In this document: positions 12,810-25,419 of the stretch, one piece after another
How the letters are laid out: each line of letters begins with the position of its first letter
Numbering within the stretch: position 1 is the stretch's first letter
Assembly (NCBI GenBank): GCA_950097015.1
Contig: CATNEN010000007.1
Span: 13,268,001-13,332,000 of the forward strand
From: Macrostomum hystrix
Lineage: Eukaryota > Animalia > Platyhelminthes
Direction: 5' to 3'
DNA length: 64,000 nt
Notes under the pieces: model-generated
The model's database searches: none
What the model was told of the DNA's origin: nothing
Seen by the model: the letters and a program-made list of their open reading frames with translations, nothing else
Program-made: the position numbers and the translations under genes

Positions 12810-13700
12810 TAAGGGTTCCACGTCTGGCTTGATCAACCCTCCCTCTCTGACAATAGTTTTATTGAGGATGCAAATCAGCGGTACCATTTTTACTCGGAGA
12901 CGCAACATCCGAAACACCGATTGGACGACCTACATGGCTATCCTCGAATCCCACCTGCAGGAGTTTACGGAGGAAACTCCTCCTATCAATAGCTTTGAGG
13001 AGGTGGATCTTGAGGCGGAAAAGCTCACCCTATCCGTGCCTACAAAGGCAAATCCTCAGCGCCGTGGTGCATGGAACCCGGACCTGGGGAAGCTGAGACC
13101 TTCAGTGCGAAAACCCTGCATCGCCGTGCCATGAAATATGAGAGTCCGGATGATATGGAAATCTTCCGTCCTGCCTCGAGGGACTTCACACGAGAAGTCC
13201 ACATGGCCAAGGAAAGTAAGTGGCGACAATTCTGCGACGAATTGGACAAAAAAGCCCATTTCTGGGCTAGTCAAAGCGCTTACTATGGATAAAATGTCCA
13301 AACTTGCCATGATAAAAAATAAAGATGGCTCTCTAACTAAAAAATCACAGGAGGTGCTCCAGCATATGCTGGGCAGTTTCTTACCTTCGGTTCCCATCGC
13401 CAACACGGAGCCAAACTACTCACTGGAAGGCGCCAACCTGGCGGCGAACATCATCAATGAAGACATTATTGCTTGCGCAGTTAGGACCTTCAAACCCTTC
13501 AAGTCTCCGGGACCGGACGGCAACTACCAAATACTCTTTTGTGAGGCGGCGAAGATCCAGAAGTTCCGAAGTATTACCTGCAACCTGATAAGGTCGACTG
13601 ACAGCTCTCTTCATGCGATCATGAGATTATTAAGCGGGCTGTGCTAGGTGACGGCTACGCCCTTGCTCACTTTCTCGACATTCAGCATATGCATGTCCTA
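12810..13700 (+). mobile_element. Frameshifted non-LTR retrotransposon ORF2 fragment (linker to start of RT)
   Basis: RNIRNTDW..Y, AKESKWRQFC, KDGSLT, and TFKPFKSPGPDG (the KxPGPDG motif preceding LINE RT), spread over several frames. Confidence 0.85.
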
Positions 13701-15864
13701 TGTATAGGTCCTATAATTACTTATCTCGGGCCGAACTTGAAGCGTGTAAACCCTAAAATTTCAATCAGCCAATGCGCTACATTCGGGCCTCCCGCAGTGC
13801 TGAACTCCCCTTTCCAGGGGGAAACATAGCTGCCGGCACCTCGAGGGACCTCGGCGATGCCAACTCTTCGCTTATGATGGCGCATCGGTCGTTCAGGGTT
13901 TACCGGAATGGGCGGCATCGCCTTCCCGGACGGCCCTGCTGCAAAGTCAAAGTCAAGCTGTCTTAATACCGAAACTAGGGCATGTGCATTCTGAGTTTCC
14001 TAAAGTGGAATAGCTCTGAGAGGGTAGATTTTCTTGGACATAAAAATTTCATGAGGCATTTTTCCAGACTCGAAAATATGTATTGTTACTACCACAATAC
14101 AACCACTTCGTTTTGTTGGTCCTCCCTTGATAAAGCTTAACGTGCAGCAAGTCTGCATAATGCAGCCACTATATTGGTTGCGATTCATTCCTTGCATGGT
14201 CTGAGACGGGACGGTGAGCAAAAAATCTAAAAGAATATCCTATTTGCCCCATCGAACAGGACAAAAACAGGCTGGGGGCTGTCAATAGAACTCCCTGGTG
14301 TCATCAAATGGGAAGTGAAATTTAAACTATATACTGACTGAAATGAAATAAAACATGTGCTTTTTTGAAGATCGCCCTATTCTTTTGACTAGAATTTTTA
14401 GGAGCTCGTCCTGCACACTAGAGAGGCGCAAACTTAAAGCGCAGAAAATTGAAGCTACCCGAGGCACTCCAGTTTGGCCTATCGAGTTCTTATAACACGC
14501 TGAAAACTGTTCCCATTAAAACATTGAACTGCAAATAGTAGTTTGATATATAGGAATTTTTCTATAACTTTCTTCAATATTCAGGAGGCCGGGCAAGGGA
14601 AAACTGGCAAAATACTGTTCTCATTCATGAGCCATCGACAGTTCCCAGCAATTGCACAACCAAATCGCTCAGTGCAATAATGCTGTACACGCATCAGCAA
14701 TGCTATAAGAATGAAAGGGAAATTAAAGAGTAGTAAGACTATGAAATGTGAATGGGGCAGAGGAAAGGTCATTTATAATAGCCACTCAGAGTCCTTCTTA
14801 GTCTGGCTTCCTTGTTTGCGATGCCTGAAGCTTTACTCTGTCCGGGAATTCTGGAAGCTGGGATTCGTTTGCAAAAGCAGAGCGAACGCTATTGTTGCCC
14901 CCACTCCCCCTCCAAATACAGGAGCAGCGATCGATTCACTGAGCCTCTGACCTCTAGAAAGATTTCCCCACAGACACAGGTCCTCTTTCTTTTCTATTTC
15001 TTTCCTGCAGTGGATTGACGATCCCTCACCCTTGCGTGTCTGATGTCCGCACGCAAGCTGAGAAGCGGATGGCCGTGCTTGAAGAGTGCTCGAGTGTCCA
15101 GCTGATCCCGTGGATTAGCTTCACTCCGCGGCTCGCTTTGCACTCCCTCAATTCGTGCTGCCTCATCCCATTGCGTTCAAAGCTTCTTGCTGGACCTTTC
15201 TTAGTGCGAGATCCCATGGGGCAGAAAAGAGAAACGCTGTAGCGTCCTTGCTAGCAAGGATTTGCCGAATTTTCAGCTGAGCAAATAAAAGTGTGTGGAC
15301 ATGCACAGAAACTGGCTAGAGGCAACAATCCCTTCGTAGATGCGTCTGGAAAGGTTAGAAGGTTATTGTGCTTCATGAGATTTTGACAAAACGGTGACAG
15401 TTTCAATGGCGGCAAAAACTTGGCGAAAGCTGAGCTGGCTAGGAAGTGAGAACTTGACAACTTAATGAACCTGACAACTATGGTCCATACACAGCACAGT
15501 AGGCTTGTGTAAGTAGGGCAGAGCCGATTGTACCTGAATGTACATGAATGTACTCTGACTGTACCAAGTTTGTTTCCAACCCGAAGAACAGGGCCTCCAG
15601 CAGGCGGCAGTGCGGTATTGCGCTAGAGGGCACAATGCCCTTAATTGCAATAGTCTCCTACCGGGCCTCAACGCGCTTCTACTCAGCCTTCAAAACGGCT
15701 TCCGGCAGATCCAAAACTGAGCGCCAATCTTCAAGAAAGTATGGCTACGGGCTGGTTCTAAGCTCTCGATATCCTGAAGTCTCGTATGATGATGTTATAG
15801 CACTAAAGAACCACTAGTAGTTGACTACTTTAGTAGTCCTTGATCGCACTTAATCCCTGTTGTG

Positions 15865-16410
15865 ACCCCCGCTGCCGCTTAACGAGCTTTTTCTAGGCTC
15901 AGCGAAGAGGGTGCCCGGGTCGGCCTGGTGGTCAACGCTCGAAAAACGAGGTTCTGCCGTGAGCACCGACACCGTCCCGCACTAGCTCTGCCTATTGGAT
16001 GCCACATCTCAGTAAGCGAGGGTTTTTCGTACCTGGGCTATCAAGTCATCAGCCCAGACTCCATCGTGTCCGACAAGAGGAACCAGGCCTGACGCGCTAC
16101 ACACTTATTCAGGAATGTCTTCACTTATCCGCAAGAGACAACCTTAAGTGCATCTCTTGCGCGCAGACGTGGAACCATCGTCCTTCACGGCACGAAACAC
16201 GAGAGCAGGCCTTGGGCGCGCTCGACAGGTCCCTGATATGCCCTGGGCTTGCACGAACAAGAGAGGCTTCCGTCCAGAGAGCTGATGGCCCGCGCCGGCG
16301 TTCCGTACTCTGCGCCTGCGTCGCCAGATGCTTATGGACCACTCCTGAGGAGTTACGGTCGCTCAAATACCGCTGGTGCTGACCCTCCTGACGTTCCCTA
16401 TTATTATTAG
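15865..16410 (+). mobile_element. RTE-like LINE 3' fragment with short (TTA)n tail
   Basis: LSEEGARVGLVVNARKT and FSYLG (RT C-terminal motifs), frameshifts, ends ...ttattattag. Confidence 0.75.
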
Positions 16411-19400
16411 TGACGAGCGGTACAAAAAGCAAAGCACGCAGCAGGGGAGGCGAAAACGCAAAGCGGCTTTCAGCCTCTAGGCATTTAACTTATGAATGTA
16501 CATATGAAGGTACATATAAAGTTACTCAGGATACTCCGGAAATTGTAAAATACGAGTATTGCATGATCTGAGCTGTTAGCGGGCGGTGGGGGGCACTACG
16601 AGCACAGCGTTTTCTGAACTTTTAAGTGACTAGAGTTATTATTTTCTTTTTCTTCCCTGTGAGCTTTTTATCAACATCGCTCACCATACTCTCATTTTCT
16701 GCAATTGCCTTTGTTTCTTTCTCGGTATCCATTCAAGCTTCGTCCCATTAAGTCTTATTAACCCACCCATTTTGCGTCTCCCTTTCCAGCCGCTTCCTGC
16801 CGCCTTCCGCCGCTTGAATGCTGGGTTGCCTCCGAAGAGACGCGGCCTGCCAGCCATGAAATCGGCTGGTGAGAAGAGCACATTTCTGATCAGCTCTCGA
16901 GGCACATAATTAATGACCATGAGCCGCGGCCTTTGTGGTATGATAATGCTACGTAGCGACACCCGAAGCTGCAGTTTTATGACCTGCCAGCGGTCAGTCG
17001 TGCTTCTACTTCCCTTTCCTTCAAAGTGAATTAAAATTCTTTGCTCACGGTCTGAAAAGCCCAGGCGGAGGAACGTGGGAGGACATACAAAATTCGCCTC
17101 CTTCTTGGGTCTCAAAGAGGCAACTAAACAGTGATTTTGTGCATATTTGCGCCACAACATATTTTGCTGACGGTAAGGGATGATCTCCATGCAACTTTGA
17201 AATTGCAGAGCAACTCTGCTCTCCAACGCATTCTAAACCCAAAACTCCGAAACATTGGAGCGACGCTAGTATATCAAAGGAGTAAACGGAGCGATGATGC
17301 CCACATGAGGGCAAAGGAGCCGGTTTATTAGCGGATCAGCCTGCGGCTGAAAGTTTCAATTAGTATAGTGGCAGCGTAGCAGAAAACTATTCTGCTAGCG
17401 TGGTCCGCCAATGCCAATAAATCACTGAGGCCTCCTGCATCCTGCAGAAGGGCTTATATAAATTGGTTCCGCTCAGGACGGAGTGCCCTACGGCTTAGAT
17501 ATTTGCCACCGATGCTTATTACACCGGCTCGATGTGCTACAACTGATTCCCGGACTGTTGGCAGCTCAGATCACCCCGACAGCAATCAGGCTTCGCTGTA
17601 ATGTTCCCATCGGAGCGAAGGAAAAGAAGCCTCCTCAGCACAGTGAACAGTCTGGCTCGTCAGTTGATAATTAATCAGCGTGGCCTGCTCCGCCCCAGAG
17701 GGCCCTGCTTTTATCAGAGTTCCACTTCTGGCCAAACAGATCCCTCACAATTGCGTAAGTCAATAGGGTGCTGATTTTTATTCTATTTGTTTAAACGTTT
17801 CGCCTACTATAAAAACGAAAACACGAAAGAAAATAAAAGCTGCATTGATAAAAATGCAAAATAAAGGTAAAAGTAAAAAGGGATAATAGCATTTTTAGGA
17901 AACTTTTTCGATTTTAATGATGCTATACGAATATATTATATTTTTTGAGGCGGCGCACATACGCTCGTACTCAACTCTGACCCCAGGACAGTTGCTGATA
18001 TACCTTGCAAGTGTTTCTGTTAGCTCTCTATTGTCTTGCACCATTTAGCGCGAGTAGAATGCTTTGTCCTGGGGTGTTAGATATGATATTTTCGTGTCCA
18101 TGTTTGTGATTTCTCTTATATATTAGTGAACTGCAAATGATAATGCAATGAGGATGCAAGTCAAAAATAAAAAATAAACTATAAACCTCAAAAAGTTCAT
18201 AATCTTGATTCATTGCGTAATTTTGTTTCGATGGATCCTGAGTGTCATCTCTTTAACAAAGTTGTCAGGGTTCAGAACTTTTTGCATATGCGAGCTTAGT
18301 GACTTATAAAGCACAAAACCCAGATGATTACTGATGACTCACGCTTTTCCATTCAGTATCGCCTTACGATACTCGGGTCCTCTGCGGCCGCTCGCCTATC
18401 TTCCTCCGCGCTTCGACATCCCAAGTTGGGTTCTTAAAATTGCAGCTCAGATTAAGACTGACCTCACTGAAAGCTGTAAAGACTAAAATTCGGCATCTGA
18501 TGTGAAGACCACCCGCGTTTCGTTATTGGCACATGAATCTAAATGGTTCGGAAAACACACACATGCAGACCAGCGAGACGAGAATAAACCACAGAGGCAA
18601 GTACATGGGGAGCAGAAGGCAGGAAAAGGACAGAGTTGAATCGTACACTTATACCATGCCAGCCACCTCTCCGATGTCTCATCATTGGCTCTGCGGGTCC
18701 GACCATTTGCAAGCAAGAAACTGAATCCCTGAGATTTCCCAGCTGCTAAGAGAGAAAAAATGTAGCATATTGCAGCTTCTCTTGTGCTCGGCTGGCTGAA
18801 CAGATAAGCGCCAAGACTCTGCGGGTGGCACCGGCTCGGGACAGGGCATCATACGCCCAATTAACGGAATTCATTAATAGGACGAGGTACGGCATTGCTT
18901 AGCGACTTCGGAGTTGATCCTGTAGCAGCTGTTGCCACCCGCTTAAATGAGACTGGGTGTGGAGCTCTCTTAAAGTGTTGGAGGACTTGAATGAGAAGGA
19001 AAAGAGGCAATACAGTCTCATATGCCGGCTCGCAAAGAAGCAAAGGAATGAAAGATGTCACGTCATCTAGGGACTTTCTGATTAACCATTTGCAGTGACC
19101 TTTAGGTCTTTTGTTAACAAGCCAAAGAGTGCAGTAAGCGCTGAAGAAGATTTCATTTTTGCTAGCGCTGGTAATGCGGGCGCGTGTTGAGGAACACATG
19201 AGGTGGACATCGGCACTATCTGAGCTCGTCAAAACCGGCTGCGTGCACCCTTGTTCAGAATGGCGGGTAGCTAGATTAAGCGCACAAGGAACAAGCTCGC
19301 AATTCACACATCCTTTCGAAAAATTCGGAATAAGAGCGCAAATAATGTGTCCGAATTCGGAAAAAGCGCACAGTTAATTTTACACAGTCCGGAACAGGCG

Positions 19401-19615
19401 CGCAGAAATTCTGATCAATATCGACACGCAGGTGTTTTTGCATGATTCTGAACAATCGCCCAGACCATTTCCATTCTCGTGAACTTGAATTCTCAGGGCT
19501 CTCACTCACTCACCCGTTCTCAGCACAGCCCTATTTCTACTCAAGCTATAGTGCAGCTAGCTAGCCTGGCTCTTTCAGAATATAGAGAGGATAGTGCTGC
19601 CTATCAGGCAGATGT

Positions 19616-19715
19616 ACCAGGAGCTCCAGCCGGCCACGAACCAGCAGCTCCAGCCGGCCACGTACCAAGGAGCTGCATCCGGCCAAGTACCAGGGGCTGC
19701 ATCCGGCCTATAGCA
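19616..19715. repeat. 24-bp tandem repeat, ~4 copies (accaggagctccagccggccacgt-like)
   Basis: Directly visible. Lies upstream of a hAT-like terminal motif at 19841-19864. Confidence 0.8.
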
Positions 19716-20112
19716 GGACCTACATACCAGCATCCATAGCCGAGAAATTCTCTGTTAAAATTTATTTTAACTTTCTTTACCTTCCAACACTTTCTGCCCT
19801 ATTTTTGTTCCCAGGGATGCAGCTAGCGTGCTGAATCCCTTCAGCCGGAAAACGCTACGCCCTAAAGTCAGTTAAAAGTCCGTTCAACTGACTTTTTAAC
19901 TTGTTTTAAATTTGACCTAACGCTAGTGACAAAATGTACGAGGGTAATCCAGGTTCGAAGCTGTTTTTGCTCGAAGCGCTCTAAATTGTTGCTTGCGCGC
20001 TTATTCCAGTTTTTTCACAATACCATGCGCATGTTGCAGTATTCATGAATATCGAGGCGCAGTTATTCCTGTATTGTTCCGAAATTGTGCGCGCCAAATC
20101 AAACATTTTTCT

Positions 20113-21490
20113 TGCGCTCCTGCCCCATGCGCGCTTATTCCGAAGTGAGCATAAAAGTACATGTGCGCTTCTGCTCCATGCGCGCTTATTCCGAAGTGAG
20201 CATAAAAATACATGTACGCTTCTGCCCCATGCGCGCTTATTCCGAAGTGAGCATAAAAGTACATGTGCGCTTCTGCTCCATGCGCGCTTATTCCGGAGTG
20301 AGCATAAAAATACATGTGCGCTTCTGCTCCATGCGCGCTTATTCCGAAGTGAGCATAAAAGTACATGTGCGCTTCTGCTCCATGGGCGCTTATTCCGAAG
20401 TGAGCATAAAAGTACATGTGCGCTCGTGTTCCATGCGCGCTTATTCCGGAGTGAACATAATAATACATGTGCGCTTCTGCTCCATGCGCGCTTATTCCGG
20501 AGTGAACATAAAAATACATGTGCGCTTCTGCCCCATGCGCGCTTATTCCGAAATGAGCATAAAAATACATGTGCGCTTCTGCTCCATGCGCGCTTATTCC
20601 GAAATGAGCATAAAAATACATCTGCGCTTCTGCTCCATGCGCGCTTATTCCGGAGTGAACATAAAAATACATGTGCGCTTCTGCCCCATGCGCGCTTATT
20701 CCGGAGTGAGCATAAAAGTACATGTGCGCTCGTGTTCCATGCGCGCTTATTCCGGAGTGAACATAAAAATACATGTGCGCTTCTGCCCCATGCGCGCTTA
20801 TTCCGAAATGAGCATAAAAGTACATGTGCGCTTCTGCTCCATGCGCGCTTATTCCGAAATGAGCATAAAAATACATGTGCGCTTCTGCTCCATGCGCGCT
20901 TATTCCGGAGTGAACATAGAAATACATGTGCGCTTCTGCCCCATGCGCGCTTATTCCGGAGTGAACATAAAAATACATGTGCGCTTCTGCTCCATGCGCG
21001 CTTATTCCGAAATGAGCATAAAAATACATGTGCGCTTCTGCTCCATGCGCGCTTATTCCGGAGTGAACATAAAAATACATGTGCGCTTCTGCTCCATGCG
21101 CGCTTATTCCGAAATGAGCATAAAAATACATGTGCGCTTCTGCTCCATGGGCGCTTATTCCGGAGTGAACATAAAAATACATGTGCGCTTCTGCTCAATG
21201 CGCGCTTATTCCGGAGTGAACATAAAAATACATGTGCGCTTCTGCTCCATGCGCGCTTATTCCGGAGTGAACATAAAAATACATGTGCGCTTCTGCCCCA
21301 TGCGCGCTTATTCGGAAATGAGCATAAAAATACATGTGCGCTTCTGCTCCATGCGCGCTTATTCCGAAGTGAGCATAAAAGTACATGTGCGCTTCTGCTC
21401 CATGGGCGCTTATTCCGAAGTGAGCATAAAAGTACATGTGCGCTCGTGTTCCATGCGCGCTTATTCCGGAGTGAACATAAAAATACATGT
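20113..21490. repeat. 51-bp minisatellite, ~27 copies
   Basis: Unit ttctgctccatgcgcgcttattccg(a/g)agtga(g/a)cataaaa(a/g)tacatgtgcgc. The long ORFs on both strands follow from a stop-free 17-codon period. Confidence 0.98.
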
Positions 21491-22368
21491 GCTAGCGCGT
21501 TGCTAGGACGCTCATGTGCTAGGACGCTAGAGCGCTCCGCACAGATCTAGCCGACACAGGCCACTTTAAATGCTGATTCACATTGACTGCAGTCGGCAAT
21601 TAGATTTTCATTTTTAAGAGGATATTATCAGTAAATCAGATAAATATAGGCAAGTCAGCTGCTAAATTCTATAAATAATTTTAGCTAGTGATCTACACGA
21701 TTACAGATATTGTGTACTCGACTTAATTATAAGCTTACGGCCCCCACTTATGAGCTGTTGCGACGGCAAAGCTGTTGTTAATAAGTCAGCCGGAAAACGC
21801 TACGCCCTGACTTACAGCTCCTCGGCCTAGCGGAGACAGTGGCGCCTTGGCGCTTGTTCTATTCCCTAACCCTCAGCCATTGCCGGATTGCGAAGTCCGC
21901 CGTATCAGCAAGTTGCGTCGAGTCCAGTGCCCGCTCAGAGAAGCTAAAAGAAGACAGTGGGAAGGGCTCCGGACTGGTTTTAGGAACATCCGTTGGGAAA
22001 ACCCAAATAACACTGGTGGCCAAGTCCTGGCGGCGAGAATCGTTACTGTGTTGTAAAATGCAGCACTCTCCTATAAACTGAAACTGCCGACAGACTTCAA
22101 ACCCTTGTGGTATCAAAAGTGCATTCCTCAGCGCTTCAATTCTCAGGACTTTAAAGTTCGCATTATGTACTACTTAGGGACTCATCGACAAGCACTTAAG
22201 ATCGATCTGCGGTGCAATATTGTCAGACTGGCCGACTTACACGCATTAAATTGGAACAGCGCTCTGTGGATAAATTCCTGATTCCAACTTAGAAAACTAG
22301 TAGCGAATCACCTTTCCATAACTAAATCTCTCTTTGAATGAATACTCAATGACTGAGCACTACTTTAA

Positions 22369-22875
22369 TTGTCTTTCTTGTCCCCTATAGGATCATTTGC
22401 ACTCTTCTTGACTTTCTTGTCCCCTCTTGGATCATTTGCACTCTTCTTGACTTTCTTGTTCCCTCTAGGATCATTTGCACTCTTCTTGACTTTCTTGTTC
22501 TCTCTAGGATCATTTGCACTCTTCTTGACTTTCTTGTCCCCTCTTGGATCATTTGCACTCTTCTTGACTTTCTTGCTCCCTCTAGGATCATTTGCACTCT
22601 TCTTGACTTTCTTGTCCCCTCTAGGATCATTTGCACTCTTCTTGACTTTCTTGTCCCCTCTAGGATCATTTGCACTCTTATTGACTTTCTTGTCCCCTCT
22701 AGGATCATTTGCACTCTTCTTGACTTTCTTGTCCCCTCTAGGATCATTTGCACTCTTCTTGGCTTTCTTGTCCCCTCTAGGATAATTTGCACTCTTCTTG
22801 ACTTTCTTGTTCCCTCTAGGATTATTTGCACTCTTCTTGACTTTCTTGTCCCCTCTCTTGTTAATTTGCACTCTT
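22369..22875. repeat. 39-bp minisatellite, ~12.5 copies
   Basis: Unit ttgactttcttgtcccctctaggatcatttgcactcttc. Confidence 0.97.
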
Positions 22876-23483
22876 CTAATTCTATTCCCCTTGATGACCA
22901 GATTATACATTCGGTTTTCTGGGTTATTCAATTGCCAGAAGTAAGATTTACTTACGCTAAAAGGCCTAAGTCAGATTGATCAGAATCGCATTAACATTTT
23001 ATTCATTCGGAGAAACAAACTTATTATCCACCAATAATTTCTCGATGCTCATTACTGCAATAATTTTAGTGAAATCTGACGTTAACAAAAGGCACAAAGG
23101 TAGAGTCAGGGCTAAAGCTTTGCGTCAGCAATAAAATTAAAACCGAGCGCAAACATTCGACATGACTCGCGGATCAGCTAGGCAGGTCTGGTCTTTTAGA
23201 ATCGGTAGAGCTTAGAAATACGCTCGTACATCACCAGGTCCGACTTCGTAAAAAATAGGCCTGAGTTTTGATCGGTGATAAAGTGGGCAAGTGAAAGTTT
23301 ATTAGTATTAAGAATGAAATTGATCGCACGATCGCATTTATATAGTTCTGAATAAATTCTCTGTATCTGTATGGTATAACCATAGCTACTCAAAAAGTAT
23401 AGTTTCCTAGAGTACTCGTAGTTTGCTAGCTTGCACAGCCAAGAGAAATCAAGCTATTAAAAATAGAAACTGCTTGTGTACGA

Positions 23484-23584
23484 GTAGAATGACTGGGGAT
23501 AGACAGAGGTGGGGTAGAATGACTGGGGAGAGACAGAGGTGGGGTAGAATGACTGGGGAGAGACAGAGGTGGGGTAGAATGACT
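23484..23584. repeat. 30-bp G-rich tandem repeat, ~3.3 copies
   Basis: Unit gtagaatgactggggagagacagaggtggg. Confidence 0.95.
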
Positions 23585-24715
23585 CGTATGAGCTGTTGCG
23601 TTCTAATTAACACAAGAGTTTTGTTGATTGAAGTTTCAAGCTCAGAGACACACGTCTGGCTCACATTATATTTATAGAGATCAACTCCAATTTGCACATT
23701 GCATTGACAAATCTATACGCAATCAACTCATTCTAGTCTGAGTGCAGTATACGCCCATGCACGCATTCAATATGGTTAATTGTCAGTTCATTGCACAAGC
23801 ATGGTCAATCACAACACGAGCTATATTGTAAAATCTTCAAGCTGCATAACGATCACAAAAACCCAGTCCAAGAGCCAGTCCTAGAGTTGTGGCGACTTAT
23901 CATTCAAACTAACTAACTAGTCAATCGGTCTACAAAAATGTTAGATTTGAAAGCATCAGAAATGTAATGTAAATTGCGGAATGATAATATAGAATCTGTG
24001 CCCCAGGTTGGAGAAGCCGCACTGAGAATAGGTAGCGATTATCATGGACCTACCCTGCAGAATCAAGGAGATACTAAGTGACGACAACTAAAACTGACCC
24101 AGCTGTTCCATGCCCACTAATTCTGTACCAGGGCTAGGCAGGTACGTTAAATGCTCTGATTTGAAAGTTCATTATTTAAACACGCTGACAGATGTCCATG
24201 CGTTCTCAATCGGCTTGGACTACTTCCTGTGCCCTCTGCTCTACTCAGCTGAGCCCTTGAACATCTGCCTTCTGATTTGAAGCATTATACAAATTCAACT
24301 AAACTAAAATAATCTGGAGATACTAAATCCCTGCTCTCCTGCTGTAGGCCTGCGAGATTTTTACCTTAGCTTTGCGATTTCCTTTCCTTAGGATAAAGCG
24401 ACCCAGAGTAAAGAGCGGCCCGTTCCCATAGCAACATATGAGGAAACATCCAAAAGCAACCACCCTGATTCAACAATATTGTTGCAGGACCCAACGAATG
24501 CAGGCATTCCGAAGAAACAGAACAAACTTCATGCATAAGCAACTAAGTTAAGGATTTTTGTATTGTAATAAAGCCTGTATCTCAGCTGAAAGTCTTGCAA
24601 GAAATAGCTAACCCTCAGCTAGGCAACATTTAGAATGTTGAGCTTTTTCCTAAATTTCATGCCTTTGAAGATGAAAATTATTTTAAATTTACAGGTACTC
24701 AGGTTGACGACTCAC

Positions 24716-25419
24716 CTCATGAATGAAACGCCCGAAAGTGTCTAATTAAACGATGGAAAAATAAAGCTCCCGTTACCGTTCCAGCTGTAATCAAAGCTGG
24801 TAACATTTCGAGCAGCAGACATAACCACTTGATGGTTTTTCTTTATGATAACTGTAAATCAAGGCAAAGAAGTTGAGAGTAAAACAAGGAAAAAAACTAA
24901 TTTCTGAAAAACTACTTAGCTAACTCACCCAGTCGCTGATATGCAATGAATTCGTTAAGAAATGTCTTGACGCCGATGAGTTCAGCCACCTGCCGGCAGT
25001 CCCTAGGAGGAACACCCATGACCAGCGCAAGTGGCCAGAATACGAAGGACAGAATGAACTCAAATGTGAGCGGAAAACTCAGGCCCGCTCGGTAGCCAAG
25101 CCATGTGATGGTGGCGTTTATGAATGCAAGGATGCTAACAAAGGCAACGAGATTAGCAGCGATGCCGCCAATAATGGTCAAAGATGCGATGGCGCCCGCG
25201 CCTGCAGCTTCCACGATGCCTCCGTAGCGGTGCATTTGCAGACGCTTCACGTCCTCAACCCGCGTCTGCGACTTGCGAGTCTCTGGGTAGACCAGTTTGC
25301 TAATGGCCAGAGCGGCTGGAGCAGACATGACGCTGGCGCTCAGTAGATGTCTGGCTGGCACCCCCATGCTGATGTAGGCGGCCATGACGCCGCCAGCGAT
25401 GGTGGCGTAGCCGGGGGTC
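24716..25419 (-). pseudogene. Truncated SLC28/CNT paralog (partial exon-4 copy 25419-24929 and diverged exon-5 homolog 24851-24716 with an in-frame stop)
   Basis: The exon-4 part differs from 28309-28799 at 3 of 491 positions. The next exon reads IIKKNHQVVMSAARNVTSFDYSWNGNGSFIFPSFN*TLSG, aligning loosely to exon 5 of the intact gene. No upstream exons found. Confidence 0.85.

Noticed and set aside
16681-17226. 181-aa minus-strand ORF
   Set aside because: Non-ATG start, no recognisable motif and no supporting splice structure.
19937-19950. TACGAGGGT as a mariner left end enclosing the 51-bp array
   Set aside because: No matching right TIR found beyond the array. The inverted arm at 19.3 kb explains the structure better.
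19981-21550. ORFs of 379-501 aa on both strands
   Set aside because: They arise from a stop-free 51-bp (17-codon) tandem unit open in several frames at once. No domain or splice context.
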